A DNA stretch of 64,000 bases from Verrucomicrobia bacterium UBA3783 (GTDB taxonomy: Bacteria > Verrucomicrobiota > Kiritimatiellia > RFP12 > UBA1067). This document shows, one piece after another, positions 18,052-30,860 of this stretch. The notes beneath the pieces were generated by a model, which had not been told where the DNA came from, searched no databases, and was given only the letters and a program-made list of their open reading frames with translations. The stretch's first letter is position 1. Each line of letters starts with the position of its first letter. Where the stretch lies: contig DFFF01000021.1 of assembly GCA_002369235.1 (NCBI GenBank), forward strand, positions 6,797 through 70,796, read 5' to 3'. The translations under genes and the position numbers were made by a program.

Positions 18052-19277
18052 TTTGCTCGATAAAAATCCTTAAAAACGTCTACGGCGGCGACGGGCTGGG
18101 AAGGCTCGGCGATGGGCGCGTGGTGTTCGTGCCCGGTGCATGGGTTGGCGAGAAGGTCAAGGCGGAGCTGGTCGAAGAGCGGCGCGGATATGTGAAGGCG
18201 CGGCTCGTGGAGCTTGAAGAGAAAAGCCCCGAACGGCGCGAGTGGAACGGACTCGATGTGCCGGGCATGGTGTACCGCGAAATTTCCCCGGAAGGCGAAG
18301 AGCGCATCAAGGGCGAACAACTTGAAGAGTTTCTGGACAGGGCAAGGATCGAACATCCCGCGCCGGTGCAGATAAAAACCGAAAAGAAACTCAACTATCG
18401 CAACAAGGCGACGTATCATTTCCGCAGTCCAGAGCGTGGCGGCAGGGATCCGGGCATGGAGTTCGGGTATCGGAAGGAAGGGTCGCACGAGATTGTGGAC
18501 ATGAAGGACGATCCGCTCGTTTTGCCGCAGATCAACGAAGCCCTGCCGGAGATACGCAAGAATGTTTTCGCGCTTCTTACCCAGGGCGCCGAGCCGGTGC
18601 GGCGGCAAACCGCGCAGAAAGAGACGGTGACGGTCCGGTATTCGGAGTTGAGCGGAGTGCAGTGGTATCTGGGTAAAGACGGCGCTCGCGGCGGCGAAGT
18701 GATGAGGGAACGGACGTGCGGCAAAGTGTTCGAGGTGCCGCTAGGCGGTTTCTACCAAGTAAATCCGGAGGCGGGCGAGAAACTGGCGCAGGAAGTGGCG
18801 GCGATTTATGCGCGGCATCGGGAAATTGCGCCTAATGTGCTCGATCTCTATTGCGGCGTAGGGGTGTTCGGGTTGTTGTGCGGTGCAGAAAAGGTCACGG
18901 GAATCGAGAGCGGTCGCGAGGCGATAGCATGCGCAAAGCGGAATGCGGGAATGGGAGGCCGGGAATCCGGATCGCAGGACCGGAGGAACGTGGCGTTCTA
19001 TTGCGAAGAAGTCGGTCGGAATATGCGCCGGATCGGGATTGGAAGCGGGACATTCGTAATCGTAGATCCGCCGCGAGGCGGACTTGAGAAGGGCGTGGCG
19101 GAATGGCTGGCGAAGTCGCGCGCACCGGTGATAGTGTACGTGAGCTGCGACCCGGCGACGCTGACGCGCGATCTCAAGGTCCTCGTGCGCGGCTATGAAG
19201 TGACGCAGGTGAAGTGGATAAACATGTTCCCGCGGACGGCGAGATTCGAAACCGTGGTCACACTCTTGCGCAAATGA
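18048..19277 (+). CDS. TRAM-domain SAM-dependent RNA (uracil-5-)-methyltransferase, RlmD/TrmA family
   Basis: It has an N-terminal TRAM-like barrel, the SAM motif LDLYCGVGVFGL, and IVDPPRGGL and VYVSCDPATLTRDL. The start is GTG in a GTGA overlap. Confidence 0.8.
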   Translation: MICSIKILKNVYGGDGLGRLGDGRVVFVPGAWVGEKVKAELVEERRGYVKARLVELEEKSPERREWNGLDVPGMVYREISPEGEERIKGEQLEEFLDRARIEHPAPVQIKTEKKLNYRNKATYHFRSPERGGRDPGMEFGYRKEGSHEIVDMKDDPLVLPQINEALPEIRKNVFALLTQGAEPVRRQTAQKETVTVRYSELSGVQWYLGKDGARGGEVMRERTCGKVFEVPLGGFYQVNPEAGEKLAQEVAAIYARHREIAPNVLDLYCGVGVFGLLCGAEKVTGIESGREAIACAKRNAGMGGRESGSQDRRNVAFYCEEVGRNMRRIGIGSGTFVIVDPPRGGLEKGVAEWLAKSRAPVIVYVSCDPATLTRDLKVLVRGYEVTQVKWINMFPRTARFETVVTLLRK

Positions 19278-20578
19278 AGTTTCTCGTCCATACGTACGGC
19301 TGCCAGATGAATGTGCGCGACTCCGAGGCCGTGGAGGCGCTGATGATTGCCGCGGGGCACGAAAAGGTGTCGGATGAAAACGACGCGGAGCTGGTAATCG
19401 TAAACAGCTGCACGGTGCGGCAGAAAGCCGAGAACAAAGCGGTCGGCAAAATGGGATACCTTTGCAGCACGGGGAAGATGACCGGGCTTATGGGGTGCGC
19501 CGTGAAGCGGCTCAAGCGCGATGTGTTCAAGGTTCTGCCGAAGCTCGATTTCGCCGTCGGGCCGCGCGCGTTCGGGCTTATCCCGCAGATTGTCGCCTCT
19601 CTCGCGGACAAGAAGCCGGAGCGCGACTCCAAAGGGGCGCAGATATTGGAGCTTGGGGATGATGCAGTGCCGACGGGTCTGGACGCGCACGAGATTTCCG
19701 GTTTCAAGGCGTTCGTCACGGTCTTGGTGGGGTGCGACAACCGTTGCAGCTACTGTATCGTGCCGGATGTGCGCGGACATGAATACTCCCGTCCGGAGGC
19801 GGAGATCGTCGCGGAGGTGGAGAGTCTGGTGAAAAACGGCGTCAAGGAAGTTTGCCTTTTGGGGCAGTCGGTATTGCGTTACGGCGTGCGCGACGGCAAG
19901 ACAGACGCTTTCCCGGCGCTGCTGGAGCGGCTTTGCCAGATAAAAGGGCTTGAGCGCATCCGTTTCACGAGTGCGCACCCCAAGGGATGCACGGACGAAT
20001 TGGTCAGGGTCTACCGCACTTATCCGCAGATTTGCCGCCACTTGCATTTGCCGGTGCAATCCGGGAGCGATCGCATATTGAAGGAGATGGGGCGGCGCTA
20101 CACGCGGGCGGAGTATCTCGCGGCGGTGAAGAAGCTGCGGGATTTCGATCCGGAGTTTGCGCTCACTACGGATATTATCGTGGGGTATCCCGGCGAGACG
20201 GAAGAAGATTTCGAGGCGACGAGGTCGCTGATGGAAGAGGCCGGGTTCGATAACAGTTTCGTGTTCAAGTATTCTCCGCGACCGGGCACGAGGTCGGCCA
20301 AATTGCCCGACGACGTGAGCGTGGAGGAGAAGGAGCGGCGCGATCAAGTGCTTCTGGCCGATCAGGAGCGGCGCGGGCTGGAGCGCAATTCGCGGCTCGT
20401 GGGGACGGTGCGAGAGGTGATGGTGGAAGGGCCGTCGAAGCGCAATGCGGCGCGTTGGAGCGGGCGCGACGGCGGCAACCGGATTGTGGTCTGGGAGGGC
20501 GCGCGTCCGGCGGGAAGCGTCGTCAAGGTGCGCATCACCGAAGCGCATTCACAGATTTTGATAGGAGAACTGGCATGA
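19274..20578 (+). CDS. miaB: tRNA-2-methylthio-N6-dimethylallyladenosine synthase
   Basis: HTYGCQMN marks the UPF0004 domain, CDNRCSYC is the radical SAM CX3CX2C cluster, and a C-terminal TRAM domain follows. The start is in an ATGA overlap. Confidence 0.9.
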   Translation: MKFLVHTYGCQMNVRDSEAVEALMIAAGHEKVSDENDAELVIVNSCTVRQKAENKAVGKMGYLCSTGKMTGLMGCAVKRLKRDVFKVLPKLDFAVGPRAFGLIPQIVASLADKKPERDSKGAQILELGDDAVPTGLDAHEISGFKAFVTVLVGCDNRCSYCIVPDVRGHEYSRPEAEIVAEVESLVKNGVKEVCLLGQSVLRYGVRDGKTDAFPALLERLCQIKGLERIRFTSAHPKGCTDELVRVYRTYPQICRHLHLPVQSGSDRILKEMGRRYTRAEYLAAVKKLRDFDPEFALTTDIIVGYPGETEEDFEATRSLMEEAGFDNSFVFKYSPRPGTRSAKLPDDVSVEEKERRDQVLLADQERRGLERNSRLVGTVREVMVEGPSKRNAARWSGRDGGNRIVVWEGARPAGSVVKVRITEAHSQILIGELA

Positions 20579-21306
20579 AGATAGCGATAGTAGGAGCGGC
20601 AGGCCGGATGGGTCGGATGCTTGTCAAGATGGTTGAAGAGAAGTCGGTGGCGCCGGAGCTGGAGGTCGGCTGGAAGATTGACATAGCCGAGGGCTTCGAC
20701 AAAGCCTGGGGCGACGACTGCGAGGGAGTTGTCGATTTTTCCTTCCATGCGGCGGTGCCGGAATTGGCGGAAAAGGCGGCGGCGGCCGGGATCCCGTATG
20801 TGATCGGCACGACCGGGCTCACGGCGGACGAGCAGGCGCGGATCGACGAATGTGCGAAGAAGATTCCTGTCGTCCAGAGCGGCAACTATTCGCTCGGGGT
20901 GAATCTCTTGCTGGGGCTCGTGGAGCAGGCGGCCAAGGTTTTGGGTGCCGGCTACGATATTGAAGTGGTGGAGATGCACCACAAGCACAAGAAGGATGCG
21001 CCCTCGGGCACGGCGCTGATGCTCGCGAAGGCGGCGAAGGCCGGGCGCGGCGGCGGCGAATTCGTTTTCGGGCGGCATGGCGAGACCGGCGAGCGCAAGG
21101 CGGAAGAAATCGCCATCCATGCGTTGCGCGGCGGCTCGGTGGTAGGCGACCATACGGTTATGTTTGCGGGAGACGTGGAGCGTATCGAACTTGTGCACAA
21201 GGCGCAATCGCGCGAGGCGTTCGCCGCCGGAGCGTTGCGCGCGCTCGTCTGGGCGAAGGGCAAAGCACCCAAGATTTGGACAATGAAAGATATACTTTTC
21301 GGCTGA
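20575..21306 (+). CDS. dapB: 4-hydroxy-tetrahydrodipicolinate reductase
   Basis: MKIAIVGAAGRMGR forms the Rossmann fold, and the signature EMHHKHKKDAPSGTA is present. The start is in an ATGA overlap. Confidence 0.9.
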   Translation: MKIAIVGAAGRMGRMLVKMVEEKSVAPELEVGWKIDIAEGFDKAWGDDCEGVVDFSFHAAVPELAEKAAAAGIPYVIGTTGLTADEQARIDECAKKIPVVQSGNYSLGVNLLLGLVEQAAKVLGAGYDIEVVEMHHKHKKDAPSGTALMLAKAAKAGRGGGEFVFGRHGETGERKAEEIAIHALRGGSVVGDHTVMFAGDVERIELVHKAQSREAFAAGALRALVWAKGKAPKIWTMKDILFG

Positions 21307-21319
21307 TTTTTGGTATAAT
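21291..21319 (+). promoter_or_regulatory. promoter with weak -35 (TATACT)-N17-TATAAT (GATTTTTGGTATAATAT)
   Basis: It has an extended -10 and lies 32 nt upstream of fabH. Confidence 0.6.
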
Positions 21320-21351
21320 ATACAGAAATTATCCGAGAAAAGGGAAAACAG

Positions 21352-22374
21352 ATGGGAATAAGAGTTCTTGGAACCGGCAGCTATCTGCCTGAGAAAGTCG
21401 TGACCAACGACGATATTGCGAAGTCGTTGGACACCAATGACGAATGGATATATTCGCACACCGGGATTCATTCGCGCCATGTTGCAGGTCCCGGCGAGAC
21501 GACGGCGACGATGGGCGCGGAGGCCGCGCGGCGCGCACTGGAGATGGCGAAGGTCGATCCGCTCGAAGTCGGACTCATCGTGATGGCGACGACGACGCCG
21601 GACTACAATGTGTTTCCGTCCACGGCGTGTCTGGTGCAGGATTTGCTCGGGTGCAAGAATGCGGGCGCGTTCGATCTCGCGGCCGCCTGCTCGGGCTTCG
21701 TCTATGCCTTGGAGCAGGCGCGCGGATTCGTGAATTTCTATCCAGACAAGAAGGCGATTGTCATCGGGTCGGAGACGCTCACGCGCATTGTCGACTGGTC
21801 CGACCGTTCGAGCTGCATTCTGTTCGGCGATGGCGCAGGCGCGGTGGTGCTTGGGAACGACGAGGCGCCGGGCGTCGCTTCCACGAAGACGACGGCGCAC
21901 ACGATTCTCGGCGCGGACGGTTCGGGCAGCGAATTCATCACGCGCTCCGGCGGCACACGCGAAGCGTTGCCGATCAATCCCGATACGGGAGTGCCGATGC
22001 CCGCCGCGCCGATCGTCCCCAAGATGAGCCTCATGGGCCATGACGTGTTCGCGTTCGCGGTCAGGGCGCTTTCGCGCGTCGCTTCGCAGCTTTGCGAGCG
22101 CATGGGCACGACGCCTGCGGAGATCGACCGCGTGTTTGCGCATCAGGCGAACGGGCGCATCATCGAGGCGGTCGCGCGGCGCATGAAACTGCCGCAGGAG
22201 AAATTCTGGCTCAACCTCGAGACGACCGCGAACACATCGGGTGCGTCGATCCCGATTTCGCTCGATCAGGCGGTAAGGAGCGGCGAACTCAAGGAAGGCA
22301 TGAAGATCGTAATGGTCGGCTTCGGCTCCGGCCTTACATACGCCGGCACGTTCTGCACCTGGCCGAACCTCTGA
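21352..22374 (+). CDS. fabH: 3-oxoacyl-ACP synthase III
   Basis: AACSGFVYAL holds the active-site Cys. HQANGRII and GFGSGLTY are also present. Confidence 0.9.
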   Translation: MGIRVLGTGSYLPEKVVTNDDIAKSLDTNDEWIYSHTGIHSRHVAGPGETTATMGAEAARRALEMAKVDPLEVGLIVMATTTPDYNVFPSTACLVQDLLGCKNAGAFDLAAACSGFVYALEQARGFVNFYPDKKAIVIGSETLTRIVDWSDRSSCILFGDGAGAVVLGNDEAPGVASTKTTAHTILGADGSGSEFITRSGGTREALPINPDTGVPMPAAPIVPKMSLMGHDVFAFAVRALSRVASQLCERMGTTPAEIDRVFAHQANGRIIEAVARRMKLPQEKFWLNLETTANTSGASIPISLDQAVRSGELKEGMKIVMVGFGSGLTYAGTFCTWPNL

Positions 22375-22402
22375 AAGATTTCAAGAAACCAAGGAACAAG
22401 CA

Positions 22403-23656
22403 ATGAAGAAAGTCGTTATAACCGGAATTGGAATGATTACCGCAGTCGGCAACGGCAAGGATGCCACATGGGCGGCGGTGAAGAAGGGTACGAAAGGAAT
22501 CGGCAGGATCACGAAGTTCGATCCTTCGAGATGCACCTGCCAGGTCGCGGCGGAAGTGAAGGGCTTCGACGAATACGCGATAGGCGGCGGACTGCTGGAC
22601 AAGAAGTCGGCGCGGCACATGGCGCTGTTCGCGCAGTATGCGGTGGCGGCGGCGACCGAGGCGTGGAAGGACGCCGGATGGACGGCGGAGAACAAGCCGG
22701 ACATGGATCGCGTAGGCACGATCCTGGGCGTCGGCATCGGCGGACTTGAAGTGACGGGGGACAATTACCGCATTCTCTTCGACAAGGGTCCCGACCGTCT
22801 TTCGCCCTTGGCGATTCCAGAGCTGATCGCGAACGAGGGCGCGGGCAACATAGCGATTGCGCTTGGGGCAAAGGGTCCTGCGCAGGTGGTGACGACGGCG
22901 TGCGCGAGTTCGACCGATGCTTTGGGCTATGCGATGGATCTCATCCGTGCCGGGCGCGCCGATGTGGTCATCTCCGGCGGATCCGAGGCGGTGATTCTCG
23001 AATTCTGCGTGGGCGGATTCATGAAGGAAAAGGCGCTCGCTACCAAGTTCAACGATTCGCCAGAGCGCGCTTGCCGCCCGTTCAATGCCGACCGCGACGG
23101 ATTCGTGATGGGCGAGGGTGCGTCCATTCTCGTGCTTGAGAGCGAAGAGCACGCGAAGGCTCGCGGCGCGAGGGTGTATGCCGAGCTCGCGGGATACGGC
23201 GCGACATGCGACGCCTACCACATCACCGCGCCCGATCCGTCCGCGGATGGCGCGGTCAAGGCGATTGAAATCGCGCTCAAGGACGCCGGAGTCGAGGACA
23301 AGACGCAAGTAGACTACATCAATGCGCACGGAACCTCCACGAATCTCAACGACAAGATGGAGACGGCGGCGTTCAAGCGCGTGTTCGGCGATCATGCCAA
23401 GGCGATCAACATCAGCTCCACGAAGCCGATGCACGGGCACATGCTGGGTGCGACCGGTGCGACCGAGGCGGCGATTTGCGCACTTGCGATCAGCGAGGGT
23501 TTCTGCCCCGCCACGCTCAACTACGAGAATCCCGATCCGGAGCTTGATCTCAACTACACGCCGAATGTCGGCGTGAAGCGCGACATCCGTGTCGCGCTTT
23601 CCACTTCACTCGGATTCGGCGGCCACAATGGTGCGCTGGTTCTCAAGAAGGCATAA
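22403..23656 (+). CDS. fabF: 3-oxoacyl-ACP synthase II
   Basis: ACASSTDALG holds the active-site Cys, and NAHGTSTNLND and GHMLGATG hold the two His motifs. Confidence 0.9.
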   Translation: MKKVVITGIGMITAVGNGKDATWAAVKKGTKGIGRITKFDPSRCTCQVAAEVKGFDEYAIGGGLLDKKSARHMALFAQYAVAAATEAWKDAGWTAENKPDMDRVGTILGVGIGGLEVTGDNYRILFDKGPDRLSPLAIPELIANEGAGNIAIALGAKGPAQVVTTACASSTDALGYAMDLIRAGRADVVISGGSEAVILEFCVGGFMKEKALATKFNDSPERACRPFNADRDGFVMGEGASILVLESEEHAKARGARVYAELAGYGATCDAYHITAPDPSADGAVKAIEIALKDAGVEDKTQVDYINAHGTSTNLNDKMETAAFKRVFGDHAKAINISSTKPMHGHMLGATGATEAAICALAISEGFCPATLNYENPDPELDLNYTPNVGVKRDIRVALSTSLGFGGHNGALVLKKA

Positions 23657-23660
23657 GACC

Positions 23661-24146
23661 ATGGCAGAGAAAATAACCGAATTCCCGGCGTTCAAGAACA
23701 CATACAATCTTCCCGGCGTCAAGCTGCTTCCGCACCGTCCGCCGTTTCTGTTTGTGGACACGCTTGTTGCAGCGGACGAAACCGGCGGTCTCGCCGAGTA
23801 TACGTTCACCATGGAGAAGAACGATTTCTTCAAGGGGCACTTTCCGGAATTTCCGATCGTCCCCGGCGTGGTGCTGTGCGAGACGATGGCGCAGGCCGCA
23901 GGCGCGGCGCTCGTGGCGCGCGGATTTCTCGGAGAGGAGTCCAGTTTCATCCTTGCGACGGTCGAGCGCGCCAGATTCTACAAGCCGGTGCGCCCCGGCG
24001 ACAAGTTTGTCACGGTGGCGATGAACGACAAGCTGGGCCGCATCATGGGCATTTTCACCGGAAAGGGTTATGTGAACGGCGAGCTTGCCGCGGAAGTGCA
24101 GGTGAAGTGCATGCTCGGACCCAAGAATTACGACAAACTGAAATAA
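23661..24146 (+). CDS. fabZ: 3-hydroxyacyl-ACP dehydratase (FabZ/FabA hot-dog)
   Basis: LPHRPPFLFVD and FFKGHFPEFPIVPGV are present. I chose the ATG at 23661, 4 nt after the fabF stop. Confidence 0.85.
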   Translation: MAEKITEFPAFKNTYNLPGVKLLPHRPPFLFVDTLVAADETGGLAEYTFTMEKNDFFKGHFPEFPIVPGVVLCETMAQAAGAALVARGFLGEESSFILATVERARFYKPVRPGDKFVTVAMNDKLGRIMGIFTGKGYVNGELAAEVQVKCMLGPKNYDKLK

Positions 24147-24156
24147 GGAGAGGCGG

Positions 24157-25434
24157 ATGATCCAGATCGTACCAATCGGAGACAAGCGTCTAAAATCCTA
24201 CATCAACCGTCCGGCCTTCGCCGAGGAGGCCGAAAAGGTGGCGGCCGGGGTTCTTGCCGATATCCGCAAGAACGGCGATGCGGCCGTCGCCAAATATATC
24301 GAGAAGTTCGAGGGGGCGAAACTGAAACCTTCACAGTTCAGGATAAAGAACTTCAACTTCTCGAAGATGGACAAGGGACTGAAGAACGCGGTCAACGATG
24401 CGTATGTGAGGATCATCGGGTTTGCAAAAGCGTCCCTCAAGACGCGCTGGGAGATCGGGACGGCAAAGGGCGGCAAGATGGGCGAGTTCTTCTCGCCCAT
24501 GGACCGCGTGGGAATCTACATTCCCGGAGGGACGGCGCCGCTCGCGTCGACTGCGCTCATGACCGTGGCGCTCGCGAAGATTGCAGGCGTGAGGGAAATC
24601 GTCGCCTGCACGCCAGCGGGCAAGGACGGAAACGTCAACCCGGTTTTGCAGTATGCGCTTAATCTCGCAGGTGCGACGGAAATCTATCGCGTCGGCGGCA
24701 TTCAGGCGATTGGAATGATGGCTTTCGGAACCAAGAGCTGCAAGAAGGTTCAGAAGATCGCCGGGCCGGGGAATGCGTTTGTGACCGCGGCCAAGCGCCA
24801 GGTTTACGGCTATGTTGGAATCGACCAGGTGGCGGGTCCGAGCGAAATCGCCGTTTTGACGGATGGATCGGTGCCGTTGAGGTGGGTCGCGGCGGACATG
24901 CTCAGCCAGGCCGAGCATGGTTCGGGGCTCGAAAAGTCGCTTTGCGTGTGCACTACGCGCAAGATCGCCGAGGCGCTTCGCTCCGAGATCCTCAAGCAGG
25001 CCGAGACGCTCAGCCGCAAGGACAAGATCCAGCGCGTAATCGACAATGGCGGCATCATGATGGTGGTGGTGAAGTCGGTTCTCGAAGGCATAAAAGTGGT
25101 GAACGAATTCGCGCCGGAGCATCTTGAAATCCTCACGAAGAGCCCTGCCGACGCGGCCAAATACATCCGCAACGCCGGAGCGGTGTTCATCGGGCCTTGG
25201 ACGCCGGAGAGCGCCGGCGATTTTGTCGCCGGCCCCAGCCATGTGCTCCCGACCGGCGGCGCCGCCGCGATGTTCAGCGGGCTGACACCCGATGATTTCC
25301 GCCGCCGCCACAGCTTTGTTCAGTATACTCAGGCAGACCTCGCCGAAGCGTTGCCCACGATCAAGACCTTTGCCGAGGTCGAGGGACTCGATGGCCACGG
25401 CCGCAGTGCGGCAATTCGTTTCGAGAAAGCCTAA
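24157..25434 (+). CDS. hisD: histidinol dehydrogenase
   Basis: 425 aa, with the signature region MLSQAEHGSG. An SD (AAGGAGAGG) lies upstream. Confidence 0.9.
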   Translation: MIQIVPIGDKRLKSYINRPAFAEEAEKVAAGVLADIRKNGDAAVAKYIEKFEGAKLKPSQFRIKNFNFSKMDKGLKNAVNDAYVRIIGFAKASLKTRWEIGTAKGGKMGEFFSPMDRVGIYIPGGTAPLASTALMTVALAKIAGVREIVACTPAGKDGNVNPVLQYALNLAGATEIYRVGGIQAIGMMAFGTKSCKKVQKIAGPGNAFVTAAKRQVYGYVGIDQVAGPSEIAVLTDGSVPLRWVAADMLSQAEHGSGLEKSLCVCTTRKIAEALRSEILKQAETLSRKDKIQRVIDNGGIMMVVVKSVLEGIKVVNEFAPEHLEILTKSPADAAKYIRNAGAVFIGPWTPESAGDFVAGPSHVLPTGGAAAMFSGLTPDDFRRRHSFVQYTQADLAEALPTIKTFAEVEGLDGHGRSAAIRFEKA

Positions 25435-26250
25435 ATGAACTTTTTCGCCGCCCACGCATACGATATCGGAGGCGCTTTCGCCGCCATGATCTGGCCGTTC
25501 TTCGGCAAGCGCCGGCGGCTGGCGGTGGATAACATCATCAAGTGCGGGATAACATCCGACCCCAAAGAGGCGGTCAGGATCGCGAAGGCGAGCTGGAAGC
25601 ATCTCGCTGGCCACATAATGGAGGCCTTGTTCGTGCCAAGCGTGGTTACGCGCGAAAATTGGCGCGAGCATCTTGATGTGGAGACGGATGCGGACCCAGA
25701 GGCAGTGAAACTGCTGCTTGATTCTCCCGATACGCCGATACTGCTTGCGAGTGCGCATCATGGCGTGTGGGAGGCGGCGACCAACATGATCAGCTTTGTG
25801 CGGCCGATGATCGCCATCGCGCGGGTGATGAACAACAAGTTCGTGCAGAACTGGCTCAAGAAGCATCATTTCCGCGGCAATATCACGGTCATCGACAAGA
25901 ATCGCGGCTTCTCGCCGGAGATAATGCGCCAGTGGGAGGAGACGCGCGCGGCAATGACCATTCTCATGGATCAGCACACGTCCGGCGGAATTGAAATCGA
26001 GTTTCTCGGGCGTCGGGCGAAGACTTTCACCTCCGTTACGCGGCTGGCGATGCGCTATGGATACCCGATTGTCGTGGGCTCGTTCGTGCGCGTGGCGCCA
26101 TACAAGTATCGCCTGGTGGGCGGGGCGCCGGTCGTGTTCTCCAAGGATGACGACAAGATTGCCGCCACGCAACTCCTGAACGACCGGCTTGGCGAGGCGA
26201 TCAGAAAATATCCAGAGCAGTATCTTTGGGTGCACAGGAGGTGGCGATAA
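25435..26250 (+). CDS. LpxL/HtrB-family lysophospholipid/lipid A acyltransferase
   Basis: It has an H-x4-E/D catalytic motif (HHGVWE) and the C-terminal family hallmark YPEQYLWVHRRWR. It starts directly after the hisD stop. Confidence 0.75.
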   Translation: MNFFAAHAYDIGGAFAAMIWPFFGKRRRLAVDNIIKCGITSDPKEAVRIAKASWKHLAGHIMEALFVPSVVTRENWREHLDVETDADPEAVKLLLDSPDTPILLASAHHGVWEAATNMISFVRPMIAIARVMNNKFVQNWLKKHHFRGNITVIDKNRGFSPEIMRQWEETRAAMTILMDQHTSGGIEIEFLGRRAKTFTSVTRLAMRYGYPIVVGSFVRVAPYKYRLVGGAPVVFSKDDDKIAATQLLNDRLGEAIRKYPEQYLWVHRRWR

Positions 26251-27398
26251 TGATTATCGACATTCTTTGCCTTGCGCTGACGTTTGTCTTCTTCTGGTCG
26301 ATGGTGATCGTCCTTCTGGGGCTTGTAAAGCCGTCGAAGACGTTCAAAAAGACGGACGAGCGGTTGCACTTTACCGTTTTGGTGTGTGCGCGCAACGAGG
26401 AGAATGTAATCGCCTTCCCGGTAAAGACGGCGCTTGAGGCCGACTATCCCAAGGACAAGATACGCGTCATCGTGCTTGCCGACAATTGTACCGATGCGAC
26501 AGCGCAGGTGGCGAAAATGGCGGGGGCGGAAGTGTGGGAGAAGACGGAGCCAAGCTCCGGCAAGGGCGATGTGCTCGCCTGGGGAATAGGGAAGCTTGAC
26601 AGTGCCGAGGCGGTGGCGGTGTTCGATGCGGACAACCAAGTGGACCGCCATTGGTTCATGGCCATGAACGAGGCGCTTTGCGCTGGCGAGCAGATTGCGA
26701 CAGGCTGCCGCCATTCCTCCAATGCGTCGGCGAATGTGATCAGCGGCTGGTATGCGGCCTACTGGGATGTGATGAACGAGCTCAGCAACCGGGTGCGCAC
26801 CAATCTCGGGCTTTCGGGCAAGCTCACGGGGACGGGGTTTGCGTTCAAATACGCGATGCTCGACGGAAAAGGGTGGAAGACGAAAACGCTCGTCGAGGAT
26901 GTGGAATTCTCGGTCCAGTGCAATATCGACGGCGGGCGGATTTCATACGTGGCCGATGCCGATTATGCCGATGAGCAGCCCGAGACGTTTCGCGCAATGT
27001 GGCGCCAGCTGCGCCGCTGGGCGACCGGCGGCTGGCAGGTGGCGAGGCTTTACGGCAAACCTTGGCTTAAGGCGCTATGGAAAAATCCTTCGCTCAGACT
27101 GTTTGACAGCTATTTTGCGATTCTCACCGGCATGAGCGTCGCGTTCGTGCATTTCTCCAATATCATCGCGCTGGCGGTCAACCGCAACTTGAGCTTCTTC
27201 TTCAGCGTTCTCGGGAGCGTGGTGTTCATGAGCTGGTTCATGGGATTCTCCGCGGTTGCGCTCAGTAAAAAAGGCGGCAAACCGGGATGGCTGCCAATTC
27301 TGACATTCCCGGTGTTTTCGCTCATACTTTCGGCTTCGGTGCTGGTCACTCTAGTATATCCAACCAGGAGATGGAAACCAATAGCCCATGGCAAGTGA
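26250..27398 (+). CDS. membrane-embedded family 2 glycosyltransferase (processive type)
   Basis: VLVCARNEE, FDADNQVD, TGTGFAF and EDVEFS are present, and QLRRWATG matches the Q(R/Q)xRW motif. TM helices flank the catalytic domain. The start is in a TAATG overlap. Confidence 0.8.
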   Translation: MIIDILCLALTFVFFWSMVIVLLGLVKPSKTFKKTDERLHFTVLVCARNEENVIAFPVKTALEADYPKDKIRVIVLADNCTDATAQVAKMAGAEVWEKTEPSSGKGDVLAWGIGKLDSAEAVAVFDADNQVDRHWFMAMNEALCAGEQIATGCRHSSNASANVISGWYAAYWDVMNELSNRVRTNLGLSGKLTGTGFAFKYAMLDGKGWKTKTLVEDVEFSVQCNIDGGRISYVADADYADEQPETFRAMWRQLRRWATGGWQVARLYGKPWLKALWKNPSLRLFDSYFAILTGMSVAFVHFSNIIALAVNRNLSFFFSVLGSVVFMSWFMGFSAVALSKKGGKPGWLPILTFPVFSLILSASVLVTLVYPTRRWKPIAHGK

Positions 27399-29123
27399 AT
27401 TCAAACTTTCCGATCCGTTCGGCACTGCGCCGGTGAAGCCGCCGTTCAGGCAGTCGGTTTCAGGCGCTATGGCATGGAATCGCCTGCCGGTCACGCGCCG
27501 ATATACGCTCGGCCAGCTTCTTGATCAGACGATTGCGAGATGCGGGGAGAACGACGCGCTGGTGATGGTCGACCGCGATTTCCGCCTGACCTGGTATGAA
27601 TTCGGCGAGGAAGTGGACAAGGTTGCGAAGGGGCTTGTGGCTCTGGGCGTCAAGCATGGCGAAAAGATTGCGCTTTGGTCTACGAATGTTCCGCACTGGA
27701 TAATCCTCATGTTCGCGGCGGCGAAGATTGGCGCAATCCTGCTGCCGCTCAACATCAACTACAAGAGTTCGGAACTCGATTTCTCGCTGGGACAGTCGGA
27801 GGCGGAGAATCTCTTTGTGATCGACGGCTATCGCGACTGCAACTATATTCAAGTTCTGCATTCGTTGATTCCGGAGCTCAAGACCTCCATACGCGGCGGG
27901 TTGAATTGCCGCCGCTATCCGCGGCTCAAGCGGCTTTTCTTTCTGGGGCCGGAGAAGCATCGCGGATTCTATTCTCTCAATGAGTTGAAGATGCTCGCGA
28001 GTGAAGTGTCCGACGAGGAATACGAGACGCGCCAGGCGCGTTGCCACATTGACGATGTGGTGAACATGCAATACACATCCGGCACGACCGGCTTCCCCAA
28101 GGGTGTGCAGCTCACGCATTCGAACATCGCCAACGACGGCTTTTGGATTGGCGCGTGCCAGAATCTTTCGGCGAACGACCGGGTTTGCATTCCCGTGCCG
28201 CTGTTCCATTGTTTCGGATGCGTTCTGGGCGTCATGGCGTGCGTGAACCATGGCTCTACTATGGTGCTTGTTGAGAAGTTCGATCCCAAGATGGTGATGC
28301 GCACGATCGAGCGCGAGCGGTGCACGGCGGTATACGGCGTGCCCACTATGTACATCGCGATGCTCGACCATCCAGATTTCGAAAAACATGATTTTTCGTC
28401 GCTCAGGACCGGCATAATGTCCGGGTCGGCCTGTCCCGTCCATCGCATGGAGCAGGCGCAGACGAAGATGTTCATGCGCGAAATCACGAATCCGTACGGT
28501 CTTACCGAAGCCGGCCCGGTAATGACGATGACGCGATACTTCGAGCCGTCAGTGAAGCGCAAGTGCGAGACGATAGGCCAGGCGCTGCCGGGCGTGGAAG
28601 TGGCGATTATCGACCCAGAGACGAGAGAGATTGCGCCGATTGGTCAGGATGGCGAAATCTGCTGTCGCGGCTATGGCAACATGAAGGGCTACTACAACAT
28701 GCCCGACCAGACGGCGAAGTGCATAGACGCCAACGGCTGGCTCCATTCCGGCGATCTAGGGCGCATGGACGAGGAGGGGTATTTCTACATCACCGGGCGC
28801 ATCAAGGACTTGATCATCCGCGGCGGCGAAAATATCAGTCCCAAGGAAGTGGAGGATTTCATCGCCACGATGCCCGGGGTGGGCGATGTCGCGGTGGTCG
28901 GCTGCCCAAGCAAGAAGTACGGCGAGCAGCCGGTCGCGTTTGTGATTCCGCAAGACGGAGCGTCGGTTACTCCAGAGGAAGTGGCGGCGTTCTGCAAGAA
29001 TCGCATCAGCTGGTTCAAGATTCCGAAGTTCGTGGAGATCGTCGGTGAATTTCCGCTCACGGCCTCCGGCAAGATCCAGAAATACAAATTAAGGGAGCGG
29101 GCCGCGAGGCTCTGGCCAGACGC

Positions 29124-29127
<4 letters not shown>
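27388..29127 (+). CDS. AMP-dependent acyl-CoA synthetase/ligase, copy 1
   Basis: It has the canonical A3 motif YTSGTTGFPKGV, plus GWLHSGDLG and SGKIQKYKLR. Confidence 0.85.
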
Positions 29128-30848
<1,721 letters not shown>

Positions 30849-30860
30849 AAGGAGGATGGA